From the NCBI GenBank assembly GCA_964550165.1, contig CAZJYC010000004.1:2795-66794 (forward strand): DNA of 64,000 nucleotides, read 5' to 3'. Each line of letters starts with the position of its first letter. Within the stretch, counting starts at the first letter, position 1. This document shows, piece after piece, positions 1-10,114 of the stretch. The notes beneath the pieces were generated by a model, which was given only the letters and a program-made list of their open reading frames with translations, searched no databases and was not told the DNA's origin. A program made the translations under genes and the position numbers. This DNA comes from an uncultured Eubacteriales bacterium (GTDB lineage: Bacteria > Acidobacteriota > Aminicenantia > Aminicenantales > Aminicenantaceae).

Positions 1-240
1 ATCTCCCAAAATCTTTGGATATTCAGGGAACAATTTTTTATCACGGAATTTTGGATGCATTCAGGTGAAGGCGAATCGAAAGAGTCTCTCAGAGATGACC
101 GAAGCGGCTATTGAAGTTATAGGCTTCCCGTGCTGACCTTTGAGGGAACGCTGCCTTGCCGGGCGGCGAGGGGACAGCGACAAAACCGTGAAGGGGAGCG
201 AGCCTATCCTGGAGAAGCTTTCAGAGGAGCCACACAAAAT
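1..240. repeat. Two abutting pieces of the dispersed structured intergenic repeat family: terminal module at 1-60 and internally deleted core at about 79-240
   Basis: 1-60 is a near-exact reverse complement of 34801-34859. 79-240 aligns to the reverse complement of 27961-28170 with the central part deleted. Confidence 0.8.
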
Positions 241-254
241 GGAGGAAAGCCTCT

Positions 255-986
255 TTAAAGAAAATTTATCAGCTTTCTCTTCAAGAACGAAAAGGCCTCT
301 TTTGGGCTGGAACAATAGGAAAAAAGCTCCAGGTCTTCGGGCGCGATAGCCTTGTATTTCAGAAAGGAATCAAAATTGATGACCTCACGCCAGTATTTCT
401 CTCCATAGAGAAGAATGATGACATGGTCTTTCTGAATTTTTCCTGTCTGAATCAAAGTCAGTATTTCAAAAACCTCGTCTAAAGTCCCGTAGCCTCCGGG
501 GAAGGCCACAACAGCTTTGGCTTTATAGATCAGCCAGAACTTTCGCATGAAAAAATAATGAAAAATAAAAGCAAGTTCTGGGGAGATGTAAGGATTCAAG
601 AATTGCTCCTCGGGAAGTTCGATATTCATCCCGATGGTCTTCCCGCCCGCTCGGGAAGCACCCCGATTCGCAGCTTCCATGATCCCTGGCCCACCCCCTG
701 TGCAGATCACAAAATTCTTTCCCTTTGGCTTTAATTTAATCGCCCATTCCACCAGGTTGCAGGCGAGATCCTCGGCTTCCCAGTAATATTTGGTGAGCAA
801 AGAATCTTTCTCCTCGGGCTCTGCTCGTGAAGAGCCGAGAAAAAGAATTGTGTTATTCACCTTCAGCTTGCTCAGCCTGGACAATGGCTCCAAATATTCG
901 CTTAAAATCCTCAAAGTGCGAGCTTCAGGCGAATTCAAAAATTCTAAGTTGTTATAAGCTCTCTCTGGCTTCTGATTCTCTTTCAT
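255..986 (-). CDS. LOG family (TIGR00730-type Rossmann fold) nucleotide phosphoribohydrolase
   Basis: Motifs TGGGPGIMEAANRGA, GMNIELPEEQ, YFFMRK, PGGYGTLDE. Confidence 0.92.
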   Translation of the reverse strand: MKENQKPERAYNNLEFLNSPEARTLRILSEYLEPLSRLSKLKVNNTILFLGSSRAEPEEKDSLLTKYYWEAEDLACNLVEWAIKLKPKGKNFVICTGGGPGIMEAANRGASRAGGKTIGMNIELPEEQFLNPYISPELAFIFHYFFMRKFWLIYKAKAVVAFPGGYGTLDEVFEILTLIQTGKIQKDHVIILLYGEKYWREVINFDSFLKYKAIAPEDLELFSYCSSPKEAFSFLKRKLINFL

Positions 987-1249
987 CTCAATCTCTCTCC
1001 ATAAGAATTAAAGATTCTATCTAAAACGCACTCAAAAAACAAGGTTTACAGATAAAATTTATAGCGGGGACCGCTTTGCTTTCTTCCTTCCAATGCTTGC
1101 TTCGCTCCCTGTCTCTCCTTCTCGCACGGACTATATGAATCGATCATGAGAATATTCATATTCTCGGACTCTAAAATTCGAAGCCAGTCCAAAAAAATTA
1201 GAAGTAGACCTGATTTGAATTCTGTGTTATCTATATCAGAAGCTTTAAG

Positions 1250-1984
1250 ATGGCCTCAGGTCTGGAAGGTTTATCGGCCAAAGAATATCCTGGGCGGGTC
1301 ATCATCCTTGGAAGAGACGCATCAGGGAAAAACGAAGTTGTTGTCTACGCCATCACAGGAAGGTCTGTTTCAAGCCAAGCAAGAAAATTGGAGCAAAAGG
1401 GTAATGCCATCTGGGCAAAGCCAATCGATGAGGAACTTATAAAAAAAGGAAACCTCGAGTTGCTCATTTATCCCACCATATTGCTCTCAAGAGGAATTGC
1501 GGTCAGCAACGGCAAGCAGACTGAGGATATCAAAGAGAACCTCAGCCAAAGCCAGGACCCGGCAGAAGTTTTGGCCTTCGCCCTTGCCCGATGGGATTAT
1601 GAGCCTGATTCGCCTGCTTACACACCCAGGATAAGCGGCTGCATCCTCGCTCAAAGGAAAGCAGCCCTCAGCATAATCAGAAGAGGGGCGCACGGCGCTT
1701 CGGAAAAAAATATATTCGATGTTCCTTTGGAAGCGGGAAAGGGCAAAATGATATCCACCTATGAAGGGAAGAATAAGGACCCTTTGCCTTCTTTTGAAGG
1801 AAGTCCTCTGGATGTCAGGATTATCGGAAAAAATCCAAAAGAAATGGCTGAGGCTGTCTTGGTGGCTTTAGCTCCCCGCTCTGGCCAAAAAGACTACAGG
1901 GTGGCTGTCGCCTGTGTCTTTGCCAGGGACTTAATTCGAGATGCGTATGACATATCCATCATCAACAGGCAGGAAAGGATATAA
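1250..1984 (+). CDS. Stand-alone IMP cyclohydrolase (PurO-like, Ntn fold)
   Basis: N-terminal YPGRVIILG..VYAITGRS.S and YEPDSPAYTPRISG; lies directly upstream of a PurH lacking its cyclohydrolase domain. Confidence 0.8.
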   Translation: MASGLEGLSAKEYPGRVIILGRDASGKNEVVVYAITGRSVSSQARKLEQKGNAIWAKPIDEELIKKGNLELLIYPTILLSRGIAVSNGKQTEDIKENLSQSQDPAEVLAFALARWDYEPDSPAYTPRISGCILAQRKAALSIIRRGAHGASEKNIFDVPLEAGKGKMISTYEGKNKDPLPSFEGSPLDVRIIGKNPKEMAEAVLVALAPRSGQKDYRVAVACVFARDLIRDAYDISIINRQERI

Positions 1985-1990
1985 ACTCTC

Positions 1991-3070
1991 ATGGATAAAG
2001 TAAGCAAAAGAGACCGTGAACAATACAGCATCAAAGTTAAGGAGGAATTTCCGGATGTCCTTCCATTCGGCGACACACTCTTCAAGAAAAAGCAATCGAT
2101 GAGGTACGGAGAAAACCCTGGATACCCGGCTGCTTTTTACGCCGAACAAGGTGCATCCGGTCCCAACATGGCCACCTTTGAAGTCCTTCAGGAAGGGACC
2201 AAGGGATTAGGCTACATAAATGTTGCCGATATGGATTTGGGACAGAGGCTCGCCAAGAAATTGACAGAAATCTATCGCAACAGATTGATCTGTGTTCTGG
2301 TTAAGCATGAAATCCCGAGCGGTGTGGCGATGGGGGAGACGCCGGAAGAAGTATTTGAAAAGGCTTGGGGTTGCGATCCTCTTTCTAACTTTGGCAGCGT
2401 CGATGTCTTCAATCATAAAGTTACCAAGCCTCTTGCTGAGCGAATTGTGGAAAAGGGGAGGAATGTCGAAGTTGTCTATGCTCCGGATTTCGCGGCCGAA
2501 GCTCTCGAAGTTTTATCATCGCGACAGGTTTTGAGAGTGGTCAAAATGGGGACTTACTTAGATCGAGAAGCCAGAGACAGCGGGTTGGAAATCAAAAGAG
2601 TGGCGGGCGGTCTTTTGATCCAGAAAAGATTTGACTCAAGAATCATATCACCAGATTCTGTGGACGTTGTGTCAAAAAGAAAACCCGCGTTGGAAGAAAT
2701 CGAAGCTGCAATCTTCAACTGGAATGTGGCCTGCTTCACCCGCTCCAATGCGGTCGTTATCGGAAAAAAAGATAAAGTCCACGGCATCGGCTCGGGCCAG
2801 AGAAGCCGAATCGATGCCGCCGAAGATGCAATCCGCTATTCGAGGCGAGGCTATGGACCGGAGGGGTGCGTTATGGCTTCCGATGCCTTTATGCCTTTTT
2901 CTGACGTCGTCACGCTCGCCGCTCAAAATGGGATAACGGCCATCATCTACCCTCTGGGTTCGATCAAGGACCAGGAAGTCATCGACAAGGCCAATGAGCA
3001 CGACCTGGCGATGGTCATAACCAGAAAACCTGGAGAAACGGACAGCGAGCGCTGCTTCCTGCACAGGTAA
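1991..3070 (+). CDS. purH: AICAR transformylase (PurH C-terminal domain only, no IMPCH/MGS-like domain)
   Basis: MRYGENP, catalytic KH (VKHEIPSGVA), SNAVVIGK, GSGQRSRID, ASDAFMPF; only 359 aa. Confidence 0.88.
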   Translation: MDKVSKRDREQYSIKVKEEFPDVLPFGDTLFKKKQSMRYGENPGYPAAFYAEQGASGPNMATFEVLQEGTKGLGYINVADMDLGQRLAKKLTEIYRNRLICVLVKHEIPSGVAMGETPEEVFEKAWGCDPLSNFGSVDVFNHKVTKPLAERIVEKGRNVEVVYAPDFAAEALEVLSSRQVLRVVKMGTYLDREARDSGLEIKRVAGGLLIQKRFDSRIISPDSVDVVSKRKPALEEIEAAIFNWNVACFTRSNAVVIGKKDKVHGIGSGQRSRIDAAEDAIRYSRRGYGPEGCVMASDAFMPFSDVVTLAAQNGITAIIYPLGSIKDQEVIDKANEHDLAMVITRKPGETDSERCFLHR

Positions 3071-3134
3071 AAACAGTCAGTTTTTATATAACTGTCGAAA
3101 AATCCCAGGGATAAAAGGACGGTCGGAGTGAAGC

Positions 3135-3162
3135 TTGACCTTAAAAGGCTTTAGACTATAAT
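3135..3162 (+). promoter_or_regulatory. Sigma70-type promoter candidate for the malic enzyme gene
   Basis: TTGACC-16 nt-TATAAT. Confidence 0.5.
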
Positions 3163-3293
3163 TAAAGACTTTTTAAATTCATAAAAAGCTTTTCAAAATT
3201 GCTTAAAAAGAGTAAAGTTTGAGTTTAAAGGTTTCATAATTTAACAAATCTATCATAAAAAATTTCGAAGAACCTTTAAAAAGGAGTCATGAA

Positions 3294-4652
3294 ATGAAAA
3301 AAGTTACAGTGGAAGAGTTGCTGGCCAAGGCTGAGCAACCTTCCAAGGATGCTCTACGGCTTCATCCCTTTTACAGAGGAAAAATCGAGGTCATCCCTAA
3401 ATGCAGAATCCGGTCATTCGAAGATTTCGCCATCTGGTATACCCCCGGCGTGGCTGCTCCTTGTAAAGAAATCCATGCTGACAAAGAAAAAGTCTATGAG
3501 ATAACCAACAAATGGAATTTTGTGGCCGTTGTTTCTGACGGGTCAAGAGTTCTCGGGCTGGGAGATATAGGCCCAGAAGCAGGACTGCCAGTTATGGAAG
3601 GAAAGGCTTTGCTCTATAAGTACCTGGGCGGAGTTGATGCTTTTCCTATCTGTCTCAACACCCATGAACCCGATGAAATCATTCAGGCTGTCAAATGGAT
3701 TCAGCCGACATTTGGCGGAATCAATCTGGAAGATATTTCCCATCCCAAATGCTTCCATATCCTGGATACCTTAAGGAAAGAAATGGAAATTCCTGTCTGG
3801 CATGATGACCAGCAGGGAACAGCCTGTGTGACAGTGGCAGGGCTGATCAACGCCGTAAAAATTGTCGGCAAAAAGATGGAAGATATTAAAGTGGCGCACA
3901 TCGGTGCAGGCGCAGCCAACATCGCCATCACCAGACTGATCATCACGGCCGGGTGCAAACCAGAGAACCTCATTGTTGTCGATTCAAAAGGAATTCTCCA
4001 CAGAGACAGGGGGGACAAAGAGCTCTTGCAGACAAAATACAAGGAAAAATGGCATATCTGCGAGACAACAAATCCCAAAGGGATAAGAGGGGACATCCCC
4101 GAGGCAATGGAAGGTGCGGATGTTGTCATATCGGCCTCAAAGCCTGGGCCTGGCGTCATAAAGCCAGAATGGGTCAAAAGAATGGCCAAAAATCCCATCG
4201 TTTTTGCCGAAGCAAACCCGGTCCCTGAAATATGGCCATGGGAGGCAAAGGAGGCTGGAGCGAAGATTGTTGCTACCGGACGCTCGGATTTTCCCAACCA
4301 GATCAATAATTCGCTTGGGTTCCCAGGAATATTCAGGGGTTCGCTGGATATTAGAGCGACAAAAATCACGGACGAGATGTGTATTGAAGCGGCCAAGGAA
4401 CTGGCAAAAGTGGCTGAGGATAAAGGACTGAGTGAGGATTATATTATTCCCAACATGGACCAGTGGGAAGTCTTCCCGAGAGAAGCTGTGGCTGTCGGTT
4501 CCAAGGGGATAGAGCAGGCAGTTGCTCGCATCAAAGCCCCGGCCGAAGTAAGATTCAAACATGCCGAGGAAATCATCAAAAAAGCCAGGGAAGAAGTCCA
4601 GTTATTGATGAAAGAACAATTCATTATAGATCCTGACGGGAAGAAAAAATAA
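3294..4652 (+). CDS. NAD(P)-dependent malic enzyme
   Basis: YTPGVA, VVSDGSRVLGLGDIG, PVMEGKA, GINLEDI, HDDQQGTA, GAGAA, ATGRSDFPNQINN. Confidence 0.95.
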   Translation: MKKVTVEELLAKAEQPSKDALRLHPFYRGKIEVIPKCRIRSFEDFAIWYTPGVAAPCKEIHADKEKVYEITNKWNFVAVVSDGSRVLGLGDIGPEAGLPVMEGKALLYKYLGGVDAFPICLNTHEPDEIIQAVKWIQPTFGGINLEDISHPKCFHILDTLRKEMEIPVWHDDQQGTACVTVAGLINAVKIVGKKMEDIKVAHIGAGAANIAITRLIITAGCKPENLIVVDSKGILHRDRGDKELLQTKYKEKWHICETTNPKGIRGDIPEAMEGADVVISASKPGPGVIKPEWVKRMAKNPIVFAEANPVPEIWPWEAKEAGAKIVATGRSDFPNQINNSLGFPGIFRGSLDIRATKITDEMCIEAAKELAKVAEDKGLSEDYIIPNMDQWEVFPREAVAVGSKGIEQAVARIKAPAEVRFKHAEEIIKKAREEVQLLMKEQFIIDPDGKKK

Positions 4653-4817
4653 ATAGAACTTACTGAAAATAAAATAAAAGTAAAAATGCCATAAAAAAAA
4701 TGGCTTATTATTTTTTATAATAAGAAGAGCATAAAGAAAGAAAAGCAGCTCAAAAGAACAAGAATTTTAGCTTAAATATTCCAGCCTTTAACGATTAAAA
4801 AATAATTGAAATAAAAA

Positions 4818-4847
4818 CTTGACAAAAGTATACTCATATTTTATATT
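4818..4847 (+). promoter_or_regulatory. dnaK promoter overlapped by a HAIR-like (HspR) operator
   Basis: TTGACA(4819)-17-TATATT(4842). CTTGACA-N7-ACTCATA against the HAIR consensus CTTGAGT-N7-ACTCAAG (5/7 per arm). Confidence 0.6.
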
Positions 4848-4875
4848 AACTAACGACTAAACAAGGAGGACTTAA

Positions 4876-6798
4876 ATGGCTAAAACAATAGGCATAGACC
4901 TTGGAACGACAAACTCAGTCGTAGCAGTGGTTGAAGGTGATCAGCCTGTCATCATTGCCAACGAAGAAGGTGGAAGAACAACTCCTTCAGTCGTGGCTTT
5001 TAACGAAAAAGGCGAGAGGCTGGTGGGTCAGGTTGCCAAAAGGCAGCGGATCACCAACCCTGAAAACACCGTCTATTCCATAAAACGATTTATGGGTCGC
5101 CGCCACCACGAAGTCGGCCAGGAAATCAAGCAAGTTCCGTTTAAAGTCGGCAAAGCACCGAACGGAGACGTAAGGATTGAAGTCTTGGGTAAGAAATTCT
5201 CCCCTCCGGAGATCTCTGCCCTTATCCTTCAGAAACTGAAAAAAGCGGCCGAGGATTATCTTGGAGAGAAAATCGAAAAAGCGGTGATCACGGTTCCGGC
5301 CTATTTTAACGATAGCCAGCGCAAGGCAACTAAGGATGCTGGCGTCATCGCAGGCCTGAAAGTGGAACGGATTATCAACGAGCCCACCGCAGCCGCTCTG
5401 GCCTACGGAATGGATAAGAAAAAAGATGAAGTGATCGCTGTCTATGACTTTGGAGGAGGAACTTTCGATATTTCAATTCTGGAAGTTGGAGAAGGCGTAG
5501 TTGAGGTTAAAGCCACCAACGGCGATACCCACCTGGGCGGCGACGACATCGACCAGCATGTCCAGGACTGGCTGGTGGCAGAATTCAAGAAAGAATCGGG
5601 AATTGACCTTTCCAAGGATAAAATGGCTCTCCAGAGGCTTAAAGAAGCGGCTGAAAAAGCAAAAATGGAGCTTTCGACAACCATGGAAACGGAGATCAAC
5701 CTCCCCTTTATCACCGCTGATGCCTCAGGCCCAAAGCACCTTTTGATGAAGCTGACCAGGTCCAAACTGGAACAGCTCATGGACGACATTATTCAAAGGA
5801 GTGTCGGGCCCTGCAAACAGGCTCTGGCTGATGCAGGCTTAAATCCTGAGAATATAGACGAAGTTATTCTGGTTGGAGGTTCGACCCGAATTCCAAAGGT
5901 CCAACAGCTCGTCAAAGACCTTTTCGGAAAAGAGCCCTGCAAAGGCGTTAATCCTGATGAAGTGGTGGCGGCAGGAGCTGCGATTCAGGGTGCTGTTCTG
6001 AGCGGAGAGGTCAAGGACATTCTCCTTCTGGATGTGACTCCGTTGACCCTTGGCATTGAAACCCTTGGCGGTGTCTTCACCAGGATGATTGCTCGCAACA
6101 CGACCATACCAACCAAGAAAACAGAAATTTTCTCCACAGCTGCGGATAACCAGCCGAGTGTGGAAATTCACGTGCTTCAAGGTGAAAGGGAAATGGCTGC
6201 GTATAACAGGACATTGGGCAGATTTCACCTCGATGGCATTCCGCCTGCACCCCGTGGCATTCCCAAAATCGAAGTGACTTTTGACATCGACGCAAACGGA
6301 ATTCTTCATGTCTCGGCCAAAGATATAGGCACAGGCAAACAGCAGGCCATCACCATAACCGGCCACAGCGGGCTTGACGAGAAAGAGATCGAAAGAATGG
6401 TCAAGGAAGCCGAAGCTCATTCTGATGAGGACAAGAAGAGGAGAGAAGTCATCGATACTAAAAACCAGGCCGACCAGATGGTCTACAGCCTCGAGAAACT
6501 GTTAAGGGAGAACAAAGACAGGATTCCTGAGCAAGAAGCAAGCCAAGTCCAGGCAGAGATCGAGAACACCAAAAAGGCCATTGAAAGCGAAGACCTTGAG
6601 CGGATAAAGTCAGCGGTGGATGCACTTTCCAGAGCTTCCCATAAACTAACAGAAATGATGTACCAGCAGGCCGGCCAGCAGCAAGCGCAACAGAGTTCTG
6701 CCCAAAGCCAAACAGAAGGCAAGCAGGCCTCATCCGATGCCTCTTCCGAAGAAGAAGTTATCGATGCTGAAGTTGTCGATGAGGACAAACAGAGCTAA
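4876..6798 (+). CDS. dnaK: Chaperone DnaK (full length, with lid)
   Basis: [32 protein letters not shown], acidic C-terminal tail; RBS AAGGAGG. Confidence 0.98.
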   Translation: MAKTIGIDLGTTNSVVAVVEGDQPVIIANEEGGRTTPSVVAFNEKGERLVGQVAKRQRITNPENTVYSIKRFMGRRHHEVGQEIKQVPFKVGKAPNGDVRIEVLGKKFSPPEISALILQKLKKAAEDYLGEKIEKAVITVPAYFNDSQRKATKDAGVIAGLKVERIINEPTAAALAYGMDKKKDEVIAVYDFGGGTFDISILEVGEGVVEVKATNGDTHLGGDDIDQHVQDWLVAEFKKESGIDLSKDKMALQRLKEAAEKAKMELSTTMETEINLPFITADASGPKHLLMKLTRSKLEQLMDDIIQRSVGPCKQALADAGLNPENIDEVILVGGSTRIPKVQQLVKDLFGKEPCKGVNPDEVVAAGAAIQGAVLSGEVKDILLLDVTPLTLGIETLGGVFTRMIARNTTIPTKKTEIFSTAADNQPSVEIHVLQGEREMAAYNRTLGRFHLDGIPPAPRGIPKIEVTFDIDANGILHVSAKDIGTGKQQAITITGHSGLDEKEIERMVKEAEAHSDEDKKRREVIDTKNQADQMVYSLEKLLRENKDRIPEQEASQVQAEIENTKKAIESEDLERIKSAVDALSRASHKLTEMMYQQAGQQQAQQSSAQSQTEGKQASSDASSEEEVIDAEVVDEDKQS

Positions 6799-6864
6799 TC
6801 CTTGCTGACCGCTGGATAGAGACTGAGGCCTTTATTGTTATCTGAGAAAAGATAAGGCTCAGGA

Positions 6865-7971
6865 ATGAATAAAGATTATTATCAAATTTTAGGAGTTGAC
6901 CGCAGGGCCAATCTGGCGGAAATAAAAAAGGCTTATCGAAAGCTCGCCCGGAAATACCATCCAGACCTGAACCCAGGAGACAAATCGACTGAAGCCAAGT
7001 TCAAAGAAATCCAGGAAGCTTACTCCGTCTTGAGCGATCCTAAGAAAAAAAGTCAGTACGACCAGTTTGGCATTTTCGGAGAAACGCCTCCAGGAGGAGG
7101 CCCATACCAGACATACTCCTCAGGATTTGAGAGCTTTGATTTTTCTGACCTTGGAACCTCTTCGTTCAAAGATGTTTTTGAAAATCTCTTTGGAGCAGGT
7201 CGCCAGCGGACTCAGCAAAGAGCAGAAAGAGGCGAAGATCTTCTCTATACGATGAGAATGGGTTTCCTGGACGCAATCAACGGCCTGAAGACGAGAATTC
7301 AATTGACCCGGACGGTGGCCTGTCCCACCTGCGAGGGAACTGGCTATATCCAGAAAGGCGGGGAGCGCAGCTGCCCAGCATGCAGAGGGAGTGGCCGCAC
7401 AAGCGCACAAAGAGGCTTTATGAAGTTTTCCTCAACATGCCCTTATTGCGGGGGGACAGGTGTTCTTCCCGGACAGCAATGCTCAGCTTGCTATGGGCGG
7501 GGTTCAGTTCAAAAGATTGAGCTGATCAGTGTCAGGATTCCGGGTGGAGTGAACACAGGCTCGAAAGTGCGTATTCCTGGCAAAGGGAATGCAGGAAGGA
7601 ATGGAGGCCCTCCCGGTGACCTGTTCATCACGGTCGAGGTTGACTCCCATCCTCTCTTCAAAAGAGAGGGCTCGCACATTTATGTCAAAGTTCCCATAAC
7701 CGTGCCTGAAGCCACTCTTGGAGCAAAGATTGAGGTCCCTACGCTGTACGGCAGAGCGACCATAAAGGTTCCTCCTGGCACAAAATCCGGTCAAAAATTC
7801 AGGCTCAGGGATAAAGGAGCGCCTCTGCCAGGAAGAAGGTCCCGGGGTGACCAATTTGTGGAAGTGACGATTGTGCCACCTCCGTCGAACGACGAAAGAA
7901 TTCGAGAACTGATGAGAGAACTGGAGAAGGTCGCAAGCCAGAATCCAAGGGAAAAAATGGGGATTCATTAA
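6865..7971 (+). CDS. dnaJ: Co-chaperone DnaJ (class A)
   Basis: J domain with HPD, four CxxCxGxG repeats, C-terminal domain. Confidence 0.96.
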   Translation: MNKDYYQILGVDRRANLAEIKKAYRKLARKYHPDLNPGDKSTEAKFKEIQEAYSVLSDPKKKSQYDQFGIFGETPPGGGPYQTYSSGFESFDFSDLGTSSFKDVFENLFGAGRQRTQQRAERGEDLLYTMRMGFLDAINGLKTRIQLTRTVACPTCEGTGYIQKGGERSCPACRGSGRTSAQRGFMKFSSTCPYCGGTGVLPGQQCSACYGRGSVQKIELISVRIPGGVNTGSKVRIPGKGNAGRNGGPPGDLFITVEVDSHPLFKREGSHIYVKVPITVPEATLGAKIEVPTLYGRATIKVPPGTKSGQKFRLRDKGAPLPGRRSRGDQFVEVTIVPPPSNDERIRELMRELEKVASQNPREKMGIH

Positions 7972-7972
7972 C

Positions 7973-8401
7973 ATGAGAATCAACAAAAAAATGAAAGACA
8001 ACAAAGACAGAGAACCAAAAACGTATTATCATATAAGCAGCGTTTCAAGGATGTTCAATGTCCATCCCCAGACCCTCAGACTGTATGAGAGGGAAGGGCT
8101 CTTAAAGCCCTCACGAAGCGAAGGAAACACTCGACTCTACACCGAGGATGACATAAAACAACTCAGAATCATACTGAACCTGACGCGCGACCTGGGAATC
8201 AATCTGGCTGGTGTGGAGGCCATCCTGAACATGAGACAGAGGATGGAACAAATTGAAGCGGAGGTGAACATGCTTCTGGAGTATGTAAAGAAAGAGTTCT
8301 TTGAAGGCAGGGAAGACGAATTTGAAATCAAAAGAGAGGATCTGGTTCACATAAGACCAACAAAAATAATAAAAATAAAGAAAGAGAGTAGCGAAGAATG
8401 A
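7973..8401 (+). CDS. hspR: MerR-family heat-shock repressor HspR
   Basis: VHPQTLRLYEREGLLKPSRSEGNTRLY, DLGINLAGV; follows dnaK-dnaJ. Confidence 0.88.
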   Translation: MRINKKMKDNKDREPKTYYHISSVSRMFNVHPQTLRLYEREGLLKPSRSEGNTRLYTEDDIKQLRIILNLTRDLGINLAGVEAILNMRQRMEQIEAEVNMLLEYVKKEFFEGREDEFEIKREDLVHIRPTKIIKIKKESSEE

Positions 8402-9246
8402 AGGATGACTATAGGGATTACTTCGATTCGAAAACCTTAAGAGCCTATCTCAATCAGATCTCCAAGTTTCCACCGCTTTGCCAGATTGAGGAAAAAAAGC
8501 TGGGAGAGCTTATCCAGAAGGGCGATAAAAAAGCACTCAGGGCATTGATTGAAGCCAATCTAAAGTTCGTTGTTTCCTATGTCAAGAGGTACAGGGGCAT
8601 GGGGTTGAGCATGTTCGACTTGATCAACGAGGGCAATCTGGGGCTCATCGAGGCTGCCAAGCGATTTGATCCGCGGCGGAACGTCAAATTTATATCCTAT
8701 GCTGTCTGGTGGATAAGGCAGGCCATCATCCATGCGCTCAGCCGGTATTCACGTACCTATTTTATTCCCCAGAAACTCTCTGACAAGATATCCGATATGA
8801 AGAAAAAGGCCGCTGAGCTGAAAGCAGAATTAGGGAGAAGCCCGACGAGGGAGGAGATCGCCCAAAGAATGGGCGTTGCCGCTGAAGATATCGAAGACCT
8901 GGAGATGTTGGATGGCAAGGATGTTTCTCTCAGCGACAAATATTTTGATGAAGATAGGGAGGTCGGCGACAGGATTAGAGACGACCTTTCTCCTTCTGTC
9001 GAATACCAGATTGTTAAGAATTCTATAAAGCAGCAGATTCGGGAGATCTTGAGGGAACTGGATGAAAAAGAAGCACTTGTGTTAAGATTAAGATTCGGAT
9101 TGGATGATGACACGCCACGAACTCTTCAAGAGATTGGAGATGAGCTCAAATTGACCAGAGAAAGGATCAGGCAGATTGAGAAAAAAGCCATGAGAAAACT
9201 ATCCCGCTCGAACAAACTTCAACAGCTGAGAGGGTATCTCAACTGA
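8398..9246 (+). CDS. Sigma-70 family RNA polymerase sigma factor (RpoD/RpoS/RpoH-like, lacking region 1.1)
   Basis: YLNQI, LIEANLKFVV, DLINEGNLGLIEAAKRFDP, SYAVWWIRQAI, TLQEIG...TRERIRQIEKKA; ATGA overlap with hspR. Confidence 0.93.
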   Translation: MKDDYRDYFDSKTLRAYLNQISKFPPLCQIEEKKLGELIQKGDKKALRALIEANLKFVVSYVKRYRGMGLSMFDLINEGNLGLIEAAKRFDPRRNVKFISYAVWWIRQAIIHALSRYSRTYFIPQKLSDKISDMKKKAAELKAELGRSPTREEIAQRMGVAAEDIEDLEMLDGKDVSLSDKYFDEDREVGDRIRDDLSPSVEYQIVKNSIKQQIREILRELDEKEALVLRLRFGLDDDTPRTLQEIGDELKLTRERIRQIEKKAMRKLSRSNKLQQLRGYLN

Positions 9247-9989
9247 TGACGGAAAATTTATGTCCTGAATGCCAGGGAACAGGCTGGATTCTTAAGGAAT
9301 CCAAGTCCGGAACTGTGGCCAAGCGCTGCAAATGCATCGAAGAGCAGAAGACTCAGATGCTTCTCGAGCGGGCGAACATTCCGAGAAGATATAGGGATTG
9401 TACATTCAAGAACTTCGAAATTCATAACGACTCCCACCAGGATGCCATAAAGATAGCCAAAAAATTTGTCAAAAACTATCCAGTTCAGGATATTGGGCTC
9501 CTTTTCCTTGGACCGTGTGGAGTGGGGAAGACCCATCTGGCTGTGGCCATCATTCAGGAATTAATCGAGAAGAAAGGCGCGCAATGTTATTTCTGCGATT
9601 TCAGGGAATTGATAAGAAATATCCAGAGCAGCTATACGCCCGATTCTACATTGACAGAATCAAACATTCTGGAACCTATCTTTGAGAGTGATGTGCTGGT
9701 GCTCGATGAACTGGGAGCCAAAAGAACAACAGCCTGGGTTGAGGAGACAGTTTTCTACATCATCAACAACCGCTACAACAACAAAAAGCTGACCATCTTT
9801 ACCTCAAATTATCTCGATACTGAGGAGGAAGAGGACACCAGGGATCCCTATTTTAAAAAGGGTGGGGAGACTCTGGTCGACAGAATTGGAGTTCGCTTAA
9901 GGTCGAGGCTCTATGAGATGTGCAAGATTGTTGAGATGTGGGGAAAGGACTACCGCAAGGAAATCAAACAGGCTGGCTATCGGTTCTGA
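9246..9989 (+). CDS. DnaC/IstB-like AAA+ ATPase with N-terminal Zn-binding CxxC..CxC (probable helicase loader)
   Basis: CPECQGTGW...RCKC, Walker A GPCGVGKT, Walker B LVLDELG, IFTSN, RLRSRLYEMC. Confidence 0.85.
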   Translation: MTENLCPECQGTGWILKESKSGTVAKRCKCIEEQKTQMLLERANIPRRYRDCTFKNFEIHNDSHQDAIKIAKKFVKNYPVQDIGLLFLGPCGVGKTHLAVAIIQELIEKKGAQCYFCDFRELIRNIQSSYTPDSTLTESNILEPIFESDVLVLDELGAKRTTAWVEETVFYIINNRYNNKKLTIFTSNYLDTEEEEDTRDPYFKKGGETLVDRIGVRLRSRLYEMCKIVEMWGKDYRKEIKQAGYRF

Positions 9990-10114
9990 TCCGAAACTCA
10001 GCTTGCGAACTATCCCAAAAAAGGCGCTGACGAATCCATTGATATTCTTCTATAATTCTGCTAAATTATGGACGATCGCTCCTCGGTAGCTCAATCGGCA
10101 GAGCGGGTGGCTGT

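Noticed and set aside
987-1249. ZTP (pfl) riboswitch upstream of the purine genes
   Set aside because: Consensus elements not found; only a small palindrome GAGAATA-TTCA-TATTCTC
6824-6861. Terminator between dnaK and dnaJ
   Set aside because: A stem-loop is present but has no U-tract; more likely an mRNA-stabilising hairpin and too ordinary to report
9246-9989. IS21 element suggested by the IstB-like ATPase
   Set aside because: No IstA transposase or terminal repeats; the gene is coupled to housekeeping genes and has a DnaC-type Zn-binding N-terminus
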